DNA of 64,000 nt from positions 930,001-994,000 of the forward strand of contig CAJINV010000020.1 of NCBI GenBank assembly GCA_905178155.1, written 5' to 3'. Origin of the DNA: Amoebophrya sp. A120. Its lineage: Eukaryota > Protista > Dinoflagellata. The position numbers were made by a program, and so were the translations under genes. Of this stretch, positions 1 to 12,991 are shown piece after piece; position 1 is the first letter of the stretch; each line of letters opens with the position of its first letter. Below the pieces are notes generated by a model. That model saw only the letters and a list, made by a program, of their open reading frames with translations, did not search any database and was not told the origin of the DNA.

Positions 1-266
1 GCCAATGAGAAATCGCCACGTGTCATTGTCTTCAGTCCAATCCACGTCGGAGAATCCCGTGTCGGTCAGGATCTGAAACAAGAGGATGTTGGTGTTGCAG
101 ATCTTCGCGTATGATCAAACATTATTTCTCGTCGATCAGCATATTGAAAAACAAAAAGCAACGCGCTTCTCTTTCTACTGCATCTCAAGCTAGTACCATG
201 ATGTCTATGGAAGCTACAAACAAACTTCTGTTTCACGACAGCACATACACCATCGATAATCCTTTA

Positions 267-3200
267 TCAAACCTGCGGCCTATTATCCACTTCCGCCTGC
301 CCCGTTAACTGCAGTCTGCTGGTAATCCACGGGTGTTTCTCCTTGAGCCGCTCGTGCCACTGCGCGTACCATTTGTCAAAGACGTCATTGTTCCAGGTGT
401 ACCACTTTGACAGAAAAACCTCGTCGCGCGGCATCCCAGGGTCCGGCGCTGGGGGCTGCGGCACCGAAGAAACCATGGTGTGGTGGTCGGACATTCTTGT
501 TTGCTTTGCGGGAAGTTCATCTCATGCTCATCGCTTAGACAACGTCCGGCGTCTCATGATGAAACATGTGATGCTGGGTGGCGTCTCATGATGAGGATAC
601 AAATGCTGGCTCAGCATGACAAGTTTCTGAGCTCCTAGAAGGTGAAGGTGTTGCCTATTCTGCATGACAAACTGCGCTTCTGCATCACAGAAAAACGGAG
701 CTCTTGGGTAACGTGCATGACAGATTTAAGAGTCATGCCAGACAAGCATGACAAACGTGAATTCTTCCAGACCCAGACATTTTTGCACTTGATACCTGCT
801 ATGAGGGTGCACAAGAACTCCCCCTCGTTCTCATTTCTCATGCAAAGTCCTTCCCTTGATGTATCACTATTATGCATGACAGATTCCGGAATCCCAAACA
901 GCAGTACACTACTTAATAGGCCCATGAATCTAAATTGCCATGCACGGGCTCCACGTGCGCTGGTGTTTGTATTGCTGTTCATCCAATACAAATGAGAAGG
1001 ACGAGGGGGACCTGTGCACAACTGTCATACCCGCTTCCAGCCGAAAAAAATTTGCGACAGCCGGATTTTCTCGCGGATTGTGACTTTTTGCAGGGAACTG
1101 AGCAATTGGTAGCCGACGTTTGCCTGCGGGTTCATTTGCGGTTGCTGCTGATGTACTATCATGTTTCTGTTGTTCTGGATCGACGTAGTTGGTTTTATCA
1201 ACTGCAAATATTATCTCTGGAAGATGTCTGGAAGATTACAAGACTTCTCATGCAGGTTCAACATGACTGCACATGAGGTCTGCACTGCAGGATCTCCTAG
1301 CATGATAGATTCCGTGAGTAGATATCATCTCTACCATGCCTATCCTGTCGATGAGAAACTCACTCCCAACTTGGTCAAAAATGAACAGCTTTGGGTAATC
1401 ATGTAAACACAAATTTTTGCATGATCCAGATTTACCATGAGAAGCTGCATCCTCCCAGACATCCAGGGGTATTTGCAGTGCATAGGTTGCTGTAGTTGAC
1501 CATTGGCTGTTGTAGTAGGCGCGATATTAACAAGTGCAAAAGTATCGCACATCGCACTCGTGTTGCCAGTCATGCATTTTTTTCTCAAGGTGAATCCGCA
1601 TTACAAATTTCGGGAAAGTTTAGAAATGTCGCAGCATTGCCACATGAAATGCCGTAGCGGGGCTGCGGCACCGAAGAAACCACCGTATGATGGTCGGACA
1701 TTTGCCGCTTGGACTGTATCCACAAAAAAGCACCCATGCCCATGATCCAATTTGCTATGCAGAACACGCATCAAAAGCAGCATTTGTCAAGCAAAAAATT
1801 GATGGGGATGGGTGTTTTTTCCTGGATAGACTGCCGCGAGATCAGGTAGCCCGCGAAGAGAAGGGACAACGCCTGGGCGTAGTAGTCTGGGTAATAGTTT
1901 GATGCAGTCTTGTTATTTGCGGACGAAGATGTTGATGTTGTTGTAGCTCCTGAGAATGTTGTGGTGTCACCAGAATCTTCCACTCCAGCTGCTGCTGCGT
2001 TAGTTGAAGCGGAAGCCCCCGCGAGGGTACTTTTACTAGTAGCTTCTTGCGCTTTGTTGTACTTCCTACTTCGCTTCACGAGCAAGCACAAGTAGCCGAA
2101 GTTGACTAGCAGGATCAGAACGGAAAAAATCGGGGTCCGCAGTAAGCTGCTGTACTGGAAGAGCGACACCGCGAGGGGTTCCACAAACCGGTCCATGAAG
2201 TTGCTCTGGCGGTAGCAGCACGCATGGTACATGTGCTCAAAGCTCTTCATTCGGAGCACCGTCGTGTCTTGGCCGTACAGCTGACCCTCGACCAGCTCCA
2301 TGGACCGGATATAGGGCAAGGACTCATCGTCCGGGCTGGTAAGGTACATGAAGTTACTGTCCCCGCGGACCATCTGCTTCTCGACCAGCAAACCCAGTTT
2401 CGGTGTGTAGTTTCCCGCAAAGTAGAGGCGGTACTCGTTGTCGAAGTCGTCGGCCGCGGGGAATTTTGCCCTCCGCATATTGTTGACTACCGGGTCGGGG
2501 ACTCCGTGGTTATAGTTTTCGCTGAGAAATTTCCGCACCGCCGGGGAGGTGTAGCCTCCCGCCGCAATTGCCTGATAATACTTTTCCATGATTTTCCGGT
2601 CCATCGTGTATCACAAGAAAATGTGTTAAGGTTAACGGTTTTCACAGATTGCAGTCATGCATCACAAATGTAGCTCAATATGCATGCTATGCATGACAGT
2701 GACAAATTTAGGCACGTTTGTGATGCATTGCTGCATTACAAATTCCGTCAACGTTAACACTTTTTCCTGTGATATCGTGTAGCGCGTATTCATGATAGAG
2801 GACTCCGACAGCCCTGCTCGTTGTCGCATAGAGAGCCGCGAGAGGTCGAGAACTTGTTCGGTTCTCTTTGCTTCCTTGGCATTTTCGCTTTCACTTCGTT
2901 GCCTCTCTTCTTCCGCCGGGTCGTAGACTTCTTTCGGCAACATGGGAATGATACTGTTATCATCCCCGCTCCCGCTCTTGCTCCACTGGTTGATTTGTAT
3001 TCTTGTGTTCGTGGTGCTCGCGTCTACGTCGTCCCCGGAATGCTGGAAGTTCCAATCGACAAGGGGGTGCGGCTCGTTGCACATTTCGTTCGAGGGGAGC
3101 TTCGAAGCCTCCTTCTGCTGCCGCCAGCTGCCGGCGTACTCGTCAGTATCCTCCCCGTCGCCCAGGTAGTGGGAGACAGTGTAGGTTTCGAGAAACGGCA

Positions 3201-6200
3201 GATACGGTTTGATAGAAACGTCTGCGAGCTTCTTCTGCATCCAGGAATTTGAAGATGGAAGTTCCCGTGAGGTAGATGATGATGGTGCACTGCTGCTGTC
3301 GCTGATGTCAACATGTTGATCTGCTCCAAAGTCACTGCGACTGCCTCCTCTTTGTTTCGTGGGATAAACCCAGTCTTTCGCGGGGCAGCAGTGGTCCGGT
3401 TGGGGTATCCCCAATTTCTTTAGTCGCTTCACCAACCGTTCGCAGCGGCGGTTTTTCTTGCAGCTCGGGTTTGCCTATACATTGCAAAAGTATCGTATAC
3501 GTATAAATGCGAGTCTAGCATTACAGATCTGCTTTCTTACCTGAATCTGCATGATAAATTTCACTTCTCTTCTAGGAAAAATTTGTCATGCTCATGCAAT
3601 TCATACTAGTACGAGGGTTTTGCATTCTTGCATATTGCCAGTGGGTCGAAGTACTGTGGTAAAAAGTCGAACAAATCGACCGGGAGCCCGGAGAGCTTGT
3701 CAAACCCAATGCTATCCCAAAAACTCGTCCCGACGGCTTCTTTCCCACCGTGGCCTTTTGGGTCGGCGGACGCAGGGGAATGTGTTACGTGGTCGTCGTG
3801 GTGGCCGTGCGCACCAGGGGCAGCTACGGCTATGCCTGAAGTAGATGGTCCGCTTCCACCCGTGCTTTCGTCGGTCGGAGCAGTTTTTCCTTGACTCACC
3901 GGAGCGGGGTCCCACGCGTTGGGGCCAAAAGGGATGTCCTTTACTTTGATAGTTATACTAGTTGGGGTAGATGAAGAAGAAGAAGATGAGTCAGACCCTG
4001 CTGCTCCTTGTGCTGCTGTGCTAGGGCCATCAAATTTGTTGTACATTACCGCTGTATGGTCCTTCTCGTCCGCAACCCAGTCCTTCCAAAACGTCAGCCG
4101 CTTATGGAATTGAAATCGTCAAAGTTAAAGTTTAAATAGTTTGTGATGCATAAAATGCTAGACGCAAAGTGCCTGTCTTGCAGAGCAGGCAACTGAGGCC
4201 GATTATAATCCTATTCGGGGTGTGAGATAGAGCTGCTAAAATAGCATGACAAAAGCAGCCTTCTCTGCCCAAATAGCATGACAAATTGGATTTCCATGCT
4301 GCCAAAATTTGTCATGCGCCACTTGCAAAATGGGCCCCAGCTGGTATCGCTTTTTTGCATTACAGATTATTTCAACTTTGACGATTTCGATCCTGACACC
4401 CCCATACCGCTTGTCCAGACAGTAGTCCATGCTCAGTTCCTTGGTCCAGACCGGTTCCACGTATTGCCCGCAGCCAATACTCACCCCCGCGTTAGCCTGC
4501 AGCGTGATCTCCGAATCGAACACATCATTGTTCAGCTGCAGCTGCGGCTGGTACCCCTTTTCGCGGTCGCATTCCAGACACTGAAACATCGTGTAGTTCC
4601 GCGGGTCGCCCACCGCGCTTTGACTTTGCATTTCGTCCGGATCGGCGTTTGCGTAGTTTTCCACCGACCGATAGCCCCACGGGCGCCGAAACCACGCATC
4701 CGTGTTCACGTCGGGGAATTGCAACCTCTGGCACCTCTTGCACCCGGGGGACGCGTGTTTGCAGAACTCACAGTGGAGGGACACGTACGTGTCTAGGAAC
4801 GAATGATCAATTTCAGGATTGTCCCGCATTCGCTTGTAGTCCAGGACTGTGCCGTACACGGCGCCCCACGTACTGCGCAGGAGCAGAGTGTCGTGGTACT
4901 TGGCAGAGCCGTAACAGTGCCGTCGACACTGGTCGGAGAGCGGGGGCCGAGGGAACAGCACACTGCCGGTGAACTCTTCCCCGCCCGCGTGGAGGCTGGT
5001 GTTTACTCGCAACAAAGTAGGCCTCTGGTCCCCGATCGCGTGAAGACCCGATGAGGCGTCCCGTCCGTTAAAGTAGCTGGTCTGACGGCTCAACTGGCAA
5101 AAGGTGCAGGGCAATTGCTCGCAGGGTTCGCACCGATTGATTCGGTGGTAGTCCGCTCCGTTAGACGGTCCGTAGTCGAAGTTCCGCGCAGCGATCATGC
5201 CCGCGATAGTACTACCCCCATAATTACCGGTAGAAGTATCCGACGCGGCGACATACAGCGGGTTGGTGAAAGCGCGCTTGGGGTCCACGGGGATGCTGGC
5301 GAACCCCCTGCGCGTATCCCCGTCGTAGTAGTCGCCCTTCCACCAAAGGAAGTAATTCGCGTCGCACTGCCGGCACTCCAAAGCGTGCAGCCAATCCCCG
5401 GGCGTTTTCCGGCGCCCGAGGTCCACGAAAAAACACCCACCCCCATCCAATTTGTCATGCAAAACATGCAACAAAATGCATAAAATGGATGGGGAGGGGT
5501 GTTTTTTCCTGGATACCCGGTCCACGGTGTATTCGTAGGCCGTTCCCGCGCCGCATTTCGAGCAGGGGTCGCCCTCCTGGCACCCCAACGTGGTCCAGTT
5601 GACAGCGAGGTCGAGACAATGCTCGATTCGCTTGCCGCAGAGAGAACCGGTGGCGTGGTCGACGATCGCAAGAGGCGGTTCTACATGATCTACTTGCGCA
5701 CCCACTGCGGACGCGGAGTGAGGACTTGCTGCTTTCGGTTTTCGTTTTGCTTTCGGTGCAGAAAGAGCTCCACCAGAAGAAGTTGTGTCGACTTTTCTGC
5801 ATCGCTTCCGGTCGTACATATCTTTCGTCGGATCGATTTCCCATCCGTTCGCGCATTCGGCGCAGAGAAACAGATCCCAGGCCAAGTTCCCGCAGTTCAG
5901 CTCGTGGTTGCGGCGAATCCCGTTCTCGGTGCGTACGCCGTTATCAAATGCAAAACTGTCTGGGGCTGGAAATAAAGTGGAACTTGTCATGGTAAATCAG
6001 AATCATGCAAAAATCTGTGTTGCATGATGACCAAAAGCTGTCGTCCACTTTCGACCAAATTGAGAAGCAGTTTCTGATGCAGGATAGGTATGATGGAGAC
6101 CTCATAGAATCTGTCATGCTAGGATCTGCATTCCAAACCTCAGTGGCCATTCAAAATGTGCATGCCAAGTCTTGCATTCTTCCAGACCCAGACATTTTTG

Positions 6201-7740
6201 CGTTTGATAGCCGTCCACGTAAAACCACTTGTCAAGAGTCCAAACCCACGCCGGTTGCTCTATGACGTTCTCAGCTGTTACATTCTCAACTGTTACATGG
6301 ATTTGTGATGCGAGAATGGCAAAAGTGAAAGTGGGGAGATTGCGCCTGTAGCATTACAAATTCCACACAGAAGACTTAGGTGTTGTTTAGCCCCCCTGGG
6401 CAAATTTGTCATGCGAAGCAGCTTGATCGCGTGGATGATCATGATGATGGTGCTTTTGCATGACAAATTCATGTAACACTTGAGAATGTAACGTTTGAGA
6501 ACCCCATAGGCTCGAACATGAAACCCCCACCATAGCGCCTCGCGTAGTCATCCTTCGCTTCCTGGGTCGGCTGAAGCGCCAAATTGCGTTCGTAGTTCTT
6601 CCGCCGGTAGTCCACTGTGTCGTCCTGCGTGTAGATCCAATTTTTCCGGAACCTGTACAGCTCGCCGTAGGTGCTCCAGGCCCCCGTTTCCGGGTCGAAG
6701 TACTCATTTTTCTCCTTCACCGCCCACTTGTCGACACTCGCGTCGTCTATCAAAATGAAAAATCTCCCCGCCTCCCCACATAAAGCCGAAATCTCTCACA
6801 CTAGATCCGCGCACAGATCAGATTTGTCTTGCAGTAGAGGACTACAGGCCCATATCATGCCAATGTAGAGAGATCTTGTCCTAGACGCTTAACATTAGGA
6901 GCGCCTATGCTATAGGCCCAGCAGCATTGCAAACCGTCTGCACAATGGGGCGAAGCCTATGGCATTGCTTTCTTGCAAGACAGACGAGATTTGTGGCCAC
7001 AAACCAGCATCACAAATTCTTTGAGGCGTGCCGATTCGATACGGGGAGGGGGGATTTTTCCGTACGATATCGTCCTGGGGCAGTTCGCCGGACGATGGAA
7101 AATTCGGCTTCGCGGTATACTCTGTGGTAAAATTGTGGTCCCAGCTGAGTTTCTTACAGCCCGGGTAATGCGTCCGGATTCGCGGGATTCTGCACCTCCC
7201 GCCGTTGAGAGTGTACAGGGGCTTTTTTCGCCCCGGCTGATTCAGCACGGTCCGCCAAACGTCGGTGTCATACTCGCCGCTGCCGGCCCCAAAAATCACT
7301 TTTCCCGTCGCCTGATTGACAATCGCCGACCGCCCGTCGTTGTAGCAGCTCCTCACCGCCTCGGAGTGGTTCTTGCTCCCCAGCTGAAGGCCGGGATGCG
7401 GCGGGACGTACTCTAGCGCCGGAGGCGGGTTCAGATCGGCCCACGCGGGCACGAAATCGGTGGCCGCAAACCGGTCCTGCTCGCCAAAGTTGCGACATCC
7501 CAGGGGGTCTGCCGGGTCTGAGATCAGGTCGGTTAGGATGCGGGAGCGGCAGACATTGTCGCTGTATTTCACGTAGTCCTTCGGGTAGCCGAGGTCGAAA
7601 CAGGTTCCGTTCTGCTGCGCGCGAACGAAGGAGATCCAATGCGTGTTGTTCAGGATAGTGGTCAAGAACGTTGAGTAGAGTAGGCAAACAACAAGCGCCA
7701 CAAAAGGGTGAGTGTTGTGCCCGAACGAGAGCGCCGCCAT
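267..7740 (-). CDS. Large Cys-rich membrane/surface protein, multi-exon (8 introners plus a 1.16-kb insert at 496-1658)
   Basis: ORF pieces join in frame after removing element+DR (PQDD|ASVDK, FE|QPAWVW, YVDG|VRT, LDKR|LTFWK, DPLA|NPSC, TRYT|MDRK, SRQS|KRQMSD). Hydrophobic N-terminus, CxxC repeats, TM segment near the C-terminus. Last exon joined through a 44-nt repeat. Confidence 0.75.
496..1658. mobile_element. Cluster of decayed introner remnants (families A and B) between 44-nt exon repeats
   Basis: Family A right TIR at 765-794 (interior is the reverse complement of 53213-53464). A-like ends near 1196 and 1484, B-like end near 1525, many GCATGACA motifs. Confidence 0.7.
1717..1828. mobile_element. 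Introner family C (TATCCA..AAAAA.CACCCA)
   Basis: TIR TATCC..GGATA, DR gactg. Confidence 0.9.
2609..2774. mobile_element. Introner family H (TATCAC.AGAAAA.GTGTT)
   Basis: TIR, DR tcgtg. Confidence 0.9.
3476..3634. mobile_element. Introner family B (TAT.CA.TGCAAAAGTATCG)
   Basis: TIR, DR ttgcc. Confidence 0.88.
4103..4406. mobile_element. Introner family D (TATGG.AG.GTCAGGAT.GAAATCG), left TIR with internal deletion
   Basis: TIR, DR ccgct. Confidence 0.88.
5420..5515. mobile_element. Introner family C with mutated terminus (GGT instead of TAT)
   Basis: TIR otherwise intact, DR cccga/cccgg, ORF reads through. Confidence 0.8.
5942..6209. mobile_element. Introner family A (TATCAAATGCAAAA.TGTCTGGGTCTGGAA)
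   Basis: TIR, DR gccgt. Confidence 0.9.
6261..6508. mobile_element. Introner family F (TATGGCGCTCTCAA..GTTACA)
   Basis: TIR, DR tgctc/ggctc. Confidence 0.88.
6748..7069. mobile_element. Introner family E (TATCAAAAGGAAAAATCCCC)
   Basis: TIR, DR tcgtc. Confidence 0.9.
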
Positions 7741-8277
7741 GGTGCGGCCGGAGCCTTGCACTTTTGTAGATGATCTTGAGCAGGTGCTGGGCGTTCTGAT
7801 CTTGTGTACGTCGAGCTTTGTTATTGTTTACTTGCATCTTTCACGACACTCACACTCACACTCAGGCGGTTGTGACTTTATCTCTTACTTCAGGAGGATC
7901 TGCAGCAGGCACTCTAGAGTTCTGACCTCCTCGTGATCCTTTTTCATTTCTTTGCTCAGATTGCGCAAATAACATATGCGATGATTGAACGTTGTAAAAA
8001 CAATAGAAGCATTCTCATCCATGCAATAATGTGCATGGGCGGACAATCACAATCAAGCTGTAGTAGAATCATTCTGTGTGTGCAGCTTCCTCCTTCTGAA
8101 TGAAAAGCAGTTGCAAGAGTGTGCTCGTTCTTAAATAAGAATCTTCTGTCCTGCTTCCGACAGCGGCGCCGTTTCTTTCATCATTCTCACAGATGATTTT
8201 AGCTCTTTCTTTTTTTCTCCTCATTTGTCTAGTACTAGTTGGTCTTGGTGTGTAGTGCTTCATCCACATTCTGTCGC

Positions 8278-8763
8278 TCAATCCACCCTGCGTCTCTTCG
8301 CCGGATTCAGTTTGGAGGCCACGAGCGGCACGATCTTACTTAATCGAATTCCATTTTCGCACTCTGCGCCATGCTTCTTCTCGATCTGCGTGATCATCTC
8401 TTTGATCACCTCGACGGCCGTGCCTTTTAAATTCTCCCCTGTGGGTTCCCGGTCCAACTTCGGCAGCAATAGGCCCAAGGCCTCTTCGAGGTCTGCTTTC
8501 GTCGGCGGGACGAACTCCTCAGGAAATTCGCCCTCGTAGGAGAAGAATTCAGTTTCGACGCGGATGCTGTTTGGTCCGACCGCATCATCGCGCACCCCGA
8601 GGTGAATCTTCATGACAGCTTTTTTCGGTCCCTCCAGCAGAATGTCGAATTCCGCATCGACTTTCCTTTCGCAGCTGTCGTCTTCGTGGTCTGCGTCGGT
8701 TTGCTGCTTGCTTTTTCGTAATTGCAAGAGATTGCCGAGGCGGGTGCCCTGGTGAGACGGCAT
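8278..8763 (-). CDS. Hypothetical protein, 161 aa
   Basis: ATG ORF with protein-like composition, same strand as neighbours, no recognised domain. Confidence 0.6.
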   Translation of the reverse strand: MPSHQGTRLGNLLQLRKSKQQTDADHEDDSCERKVDAEFDILLEGPKKAVMKIHLGVRDDAVGPNSIRVETEFFSYEGEFPEEFVPPTKADLEEALGLLLPKLDREPTGENLKGTAVEVIKEMITQIEKKHGAECENGIRLSKIVPLVASKLNPAKRRRVD

Positions 8764-9474
8764 GTCTTCTAGGTGTCCTCTGATATATTCTCACTGTGAA
8801 ATTGATTGCGTTTGCAACTGCTATCTAGCAGGCGTGAATGAATGACGACGATCGGAATGAGATATTCGGGCACCTTCCAAGCTATGACTGTGATTGTCAA
8901 CTATATTATGATTGTAGTTGTTGGATTCGCAATTTAATAAATCAGTTAGTCGATCACGTTCACGAGTCACGAGCAGCGTTGAATCATGCACTTGTTGCTG
9001 CACAAGAACGCATTGTAGTAATAGTAGTTGTATCTTTTGTAATTTCACTTCCCAACAGGGGGATCGACAGCGGTCCTTTCTCGATACCACTAAATCTTTC
9101 TCACGCGGCTCACCGGCACCGCGACCGCTCTCATCGATTTCATAGAAATATGAGGGCAGCCATTTTTTTGCCGTAGCCGTAGTTGCCACAGGGCATACAC
9201 AGTGACACAAATAAAATTCGCAGACAAAAGTTTCGACGTCGTTTTTGCAAAGTCAAGGATTGATTCGCAACATAAAACAAGGCAGCGATGAACTACTACA
9301 ATACTCTTCTATATCTGGGCCTCAAACGAACTACGAGATTCCTTGAGTATGACAGCCAAAGCTATCACGTTGAGACTTGTGGCCGTAGTTTCTTCGTCTG
9401 GTTATTTGACTGGTGGTTGATCACTTACCACTTCGTGCACGCGTCTCTAGTTCATCTTCATCACGGACTTCGTT

Positions 9475-11503
9475 TTACTCAACAATCGCGAAACTCCAAC
9501 ACTTGCCGCAACCGACAGCTCTCACCCTCGAGGGCCTCGATTTGCGTCGGCGTGGAATATCCACAGTAAATTTCCCGTACACGTACAACTGCAGTCTCTG
9601 CATGACAAAAATTGCCTTCAGTCCTAGTCTAGCTTGACAAGTAGTTGGACACAGCAAGTTAGCGACATTTGTCATGCGCTTTGTACATGTACGGGAAATT
9701 TACATTGCATATGGAAACGTAGCACTTCATCAGGCGCTTGGAGCCGCTTTTGTTGAAAAACGCCCGCAACCCCAAGCGACCGTCGCTCCCGCAACCCCAG
9801 CCGAACATTTGTCCGTTCTCGGAAAACGCAAAGCTGTGGATGTGCGTTGGGGCACTCCCGATGATGCGCACACCGTCGAGATAGCGCGTCCGCACTGCGG
9901 CATCGCCGGGATGGTCGGTGAAAAACACCTTCAAGGTCTGTCGCTCCGTCTGTTGCAGCGGTGGCCGCTGTGGTCTCTCGTCGACGTCGCCCTCCTCTTT
10001 ATCTTCCGCTGGGGTAAGTAGAGAAGGTGCTGTGGGAGCCTGCTCTTGAGATAAGGGCACATCATCATGATGATCCCGTTGATTTTCATGTGCCTGCTCA
10101 TGCGCTACTGCATCTACTACTTCTTCTATATTGATACCCGCCGCTCTTCTCACGTCGATTCCCGCACGCCGCAAGACGGCCGTGTCCAATGCGGGCACTA
10201 CACCACCGGTATTCATCCCAGAATGTTGTACGAATAATCCGTCTTCGAACGCACCCGTGAAGCACCCGCCGCCCCTCAAGAAGAGTTGTACGCCATCCTG
10301 CGCAACGCTGCCAACCTCGTAAGGCCGCAAATGGTCCTCACGACTGGTCATAACTTTGAAAAGATGACACGCGCCCAATCCCTTGTGGCACGTGCCGGCT
10401 ATGTGGAGCTTGCCATCGGCTGTCACAACGTGAAGTCTCGGGCCTTCTTGACCGGTTGGGTCTGGAAAGTCGTTCTTGGGCATTGGCTGCCCCCGCGTGC
10501 AATCGATTCTCACAATCGCATTGGAAGGATCTTCGTCGAACCATGGGGTGCTCACGCCGTCGACGTCTTTTGTCACTTCCACAGGGCTCTCGACGAAGGA
10601 ATTCTTTCCCGTGTGCCGTTTGCCGAGGCCCAAATTTCCGTTGCGATTCATGCCCCAGGTCCAGAGACGGTTTTTCACATCGACGACCGCAAAATGCCTC
10701 GAACCCGCGGAGACCAATCGCGCGTCGGCGTCGATCCATCTGGACAAACACCTCCACGCTGCGCTTCGCGATGAGGCCGGTTTGTCGCGAAAGAAAGCCA
10801 CGCAACGCTGCTCCGCTTGTTCTTGCACTAGGATGTCTGCGATGACCAGGCAATTTGTTCCGCAGGCACTGAGGTCTTTTACCCGGATAAGCTTCGCCGC
10901 GCCGGGGGAAGCAGCATCAAGAGACGACTTTGCGCCGCCGGCGCCTGGGGAAGATGACGATAATGAAAACAGCTGGTCTTCCCCTACTTCCGTGCGCTCA
11001 ACAAACTTCCCGCCCGTGCCGGCGGTGAATTCGATGAGACAACCACTTTCGCTCTCAATGGTATCCACAGAAAAGAACCCACCCACATCCATTTTTTGCA
11101 TGACAAACACATGATCTGATACGGGTTTTGCCAGGCAAATTGGATGTGGATGGGTTTTTTTCTGTGGATAAATGGCAAAGACACTAGATTCCGTCACGGC
11201 GCAACAAGAGAATTTCGTCTTTGCATCAGCGACAGTCGGAATCTCCGGGAAATTTGATCTACCACTGGCACCAGTTCCCCACACCCACAGCTGCAGGTCG
11301 GAGTCGAGGGCGGCGAAAACTCCCCCCGTGTCCGCGGACACCTGATGAAAGAGCTTCCTTCGCATGAGTTGCTCCGGAAAACAGACGTGCTGTTGTTTGT
11401 CCACAGTTGTGGCTCCCGGCAGCGCGGACTTCGGTTTCCCACTTCCCCATCCGAAAAGCCGGCCGGGCACAGGTGTGAAGTTGGAGCTGTTGCTGGAAGC
11501 CAT
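9475..11503 (-). CDS. RCC1-repeat (beta-propeller) protein, 2 introners
   Basis: Motifs VSAGSRH..VVD..LWTWGMNRNGNLGLG, HSFAFSENGQMFGWGCGSDGRLG and RVRAVGCG. Apparent frameshift near 9528. Confidence 0.85.
9558..9711. mobile_element. Introner family I (TAT.CA..GTAAATTTCCCG)
   Basis: TIR, DR tggaa. Confidence 0.9.
11062..11170. mobile_element. Introner family C
   Basis: TIR, DR aatgg. Confidence 0.9.
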
Positions 11504-12583
11504 GGACTTGATTGACAACGATTTTCTTGACTTTTTCTTTAATTCTTGCGCGAACGCGAAGACGCACAGTGCATAAAGTATCTTCTCTTATGCTTACATT
11601 TTTTGCGTTACATCTCCTCAGGACCGACCACGACACGACACGGGCTCCACGATACTACCGCAACTACAATAAATCGAACTAATACAACCGACTCCAAAAA
11701 ACAAAGACTTTGTCATTACACGAACCATCATGTTGGGCACGAGAAGACCCAACTTCCAATAGATTGAATCCACGGCTGTACCGACAGTAGTATCTAGAAA
11801 AAAAAAATGCATCGCGCGACACCCCCGCGCGTAAGTAAGTACTGTGTGCAGCACTCTGAGCCCTGAACGTTCATGTTTGGTGCCATTGTGATTGGGAGTC
11901 GCATCGAACTGGACTGAGTGAACATCACCGACCTACTCGTAGACTGCTTTGTTGTAGTGGCAGATCTAGCAGTAAGATTTTCATCCGTTGCTGTTCTGGA
12001 TTTCTATTGAAGCAACGCTTGCGATTGCGTCAATACTATACTTCTCGAAATTGTTTTTCACAGATGATGTGACGAGAGAATGCCGCTTCGACGTCGAATT
12101 TCTTGGAGAAACATTCTTTGTCTCGTGTGTACATCAAACAAATCGTCAGAATTGGTTGAAGACCACCAGCAGATGATGAAGATCTTCTGCTGGTCAACAT
12201 TACAACGTGCTGATATGTTGAGGCTCCTGAAGCGAGAATGTTGTTACGTTCACCATGAACTTCTTTCTTCTGGTGCGGTTGTTGTTTCTAGTAGTTCTGC
12301 TATCATCGGAAAGGTTGTTCCACTTGTTGACCAGCTTGTTACCTGTAAGTAATTCTCGCAATGAACCAACAAATTCCGGCAGGCATCCTGTTTTGTTGTG
12401 GTGTTTCTGTATCTCTTTAGTGCAATGCATCAACATCAACAAGAAAATGATCAAAATGTTGAATGCAAAACATGGTCACGTAGTCGACGCAGCACAGAGC
12501 CCTGATTATTGCTCTGGCGTGGTAGAAGTCCCTTGAGTCCATCCTAGAAGTTATCAATCTCCCGAGCGAAGAACGAGCTGCCG

Positions 12584-12991
12584 TTAACATAGACAAAATA
12601 ACAGCAAGAACGGCAAAACCAAAAACGAAAAAAGTACTGCTTCCACCCCCACGGATCCCGCAGCGCCGACAGCAGACTCCACTACACTGCCGCTTCCCTC
12701 CTCCTCTCCAGCACCCAGCGCCCCGGCTTCCAGCAAGCCGGCAAGCGTCCCGAAGCCACGATTTTGCTCGGCGAAGCCATTCTGGAGAGGCGTCTCCCCG
12801 AGAACGGCACCACTGCTCGTCGTAGCGCCCGCACCAAAATTCGGCATCGCGTTACTGCCGAATAACATGGCTGCTCCGGTAAATTTGCTGCCCACCGCGG
12901 AGCCGGCACGAAGCTGCTGGTTCATCATGTGCGACCAGGTGCACAGATGGGCATTGCGACAACGAGCAAAACGAGTGGCGTTGAAACGCAT
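12584..12991 (-). CDS. Hypothetical protein, 135 aa
   Basis: GC-rich ATG ORF, Arg-rich N-terminus, hydrophobic C-terminus. Confidence 0.4.
   Translation of the reverse strand: MRFNATRFARCRNAHLCTWSHMMNQQLRAGSAVGSKFTGAAMLFGSNAMPNFGAGATTSSGAVLGETPLQNGFAEQNRGFGTLAGLLEAGALGAGEEEGSGSVVESAVGAAGSVGVEAVLFSFLVLPFLLLFCLC

Noticed and set aside
9155-9190. Dinoflagellate spliced-leader relic (ccgtagcc / gccatttt)
   Set aside because: Only short fragments in the wrong order, with no TTGGCTCAAG.
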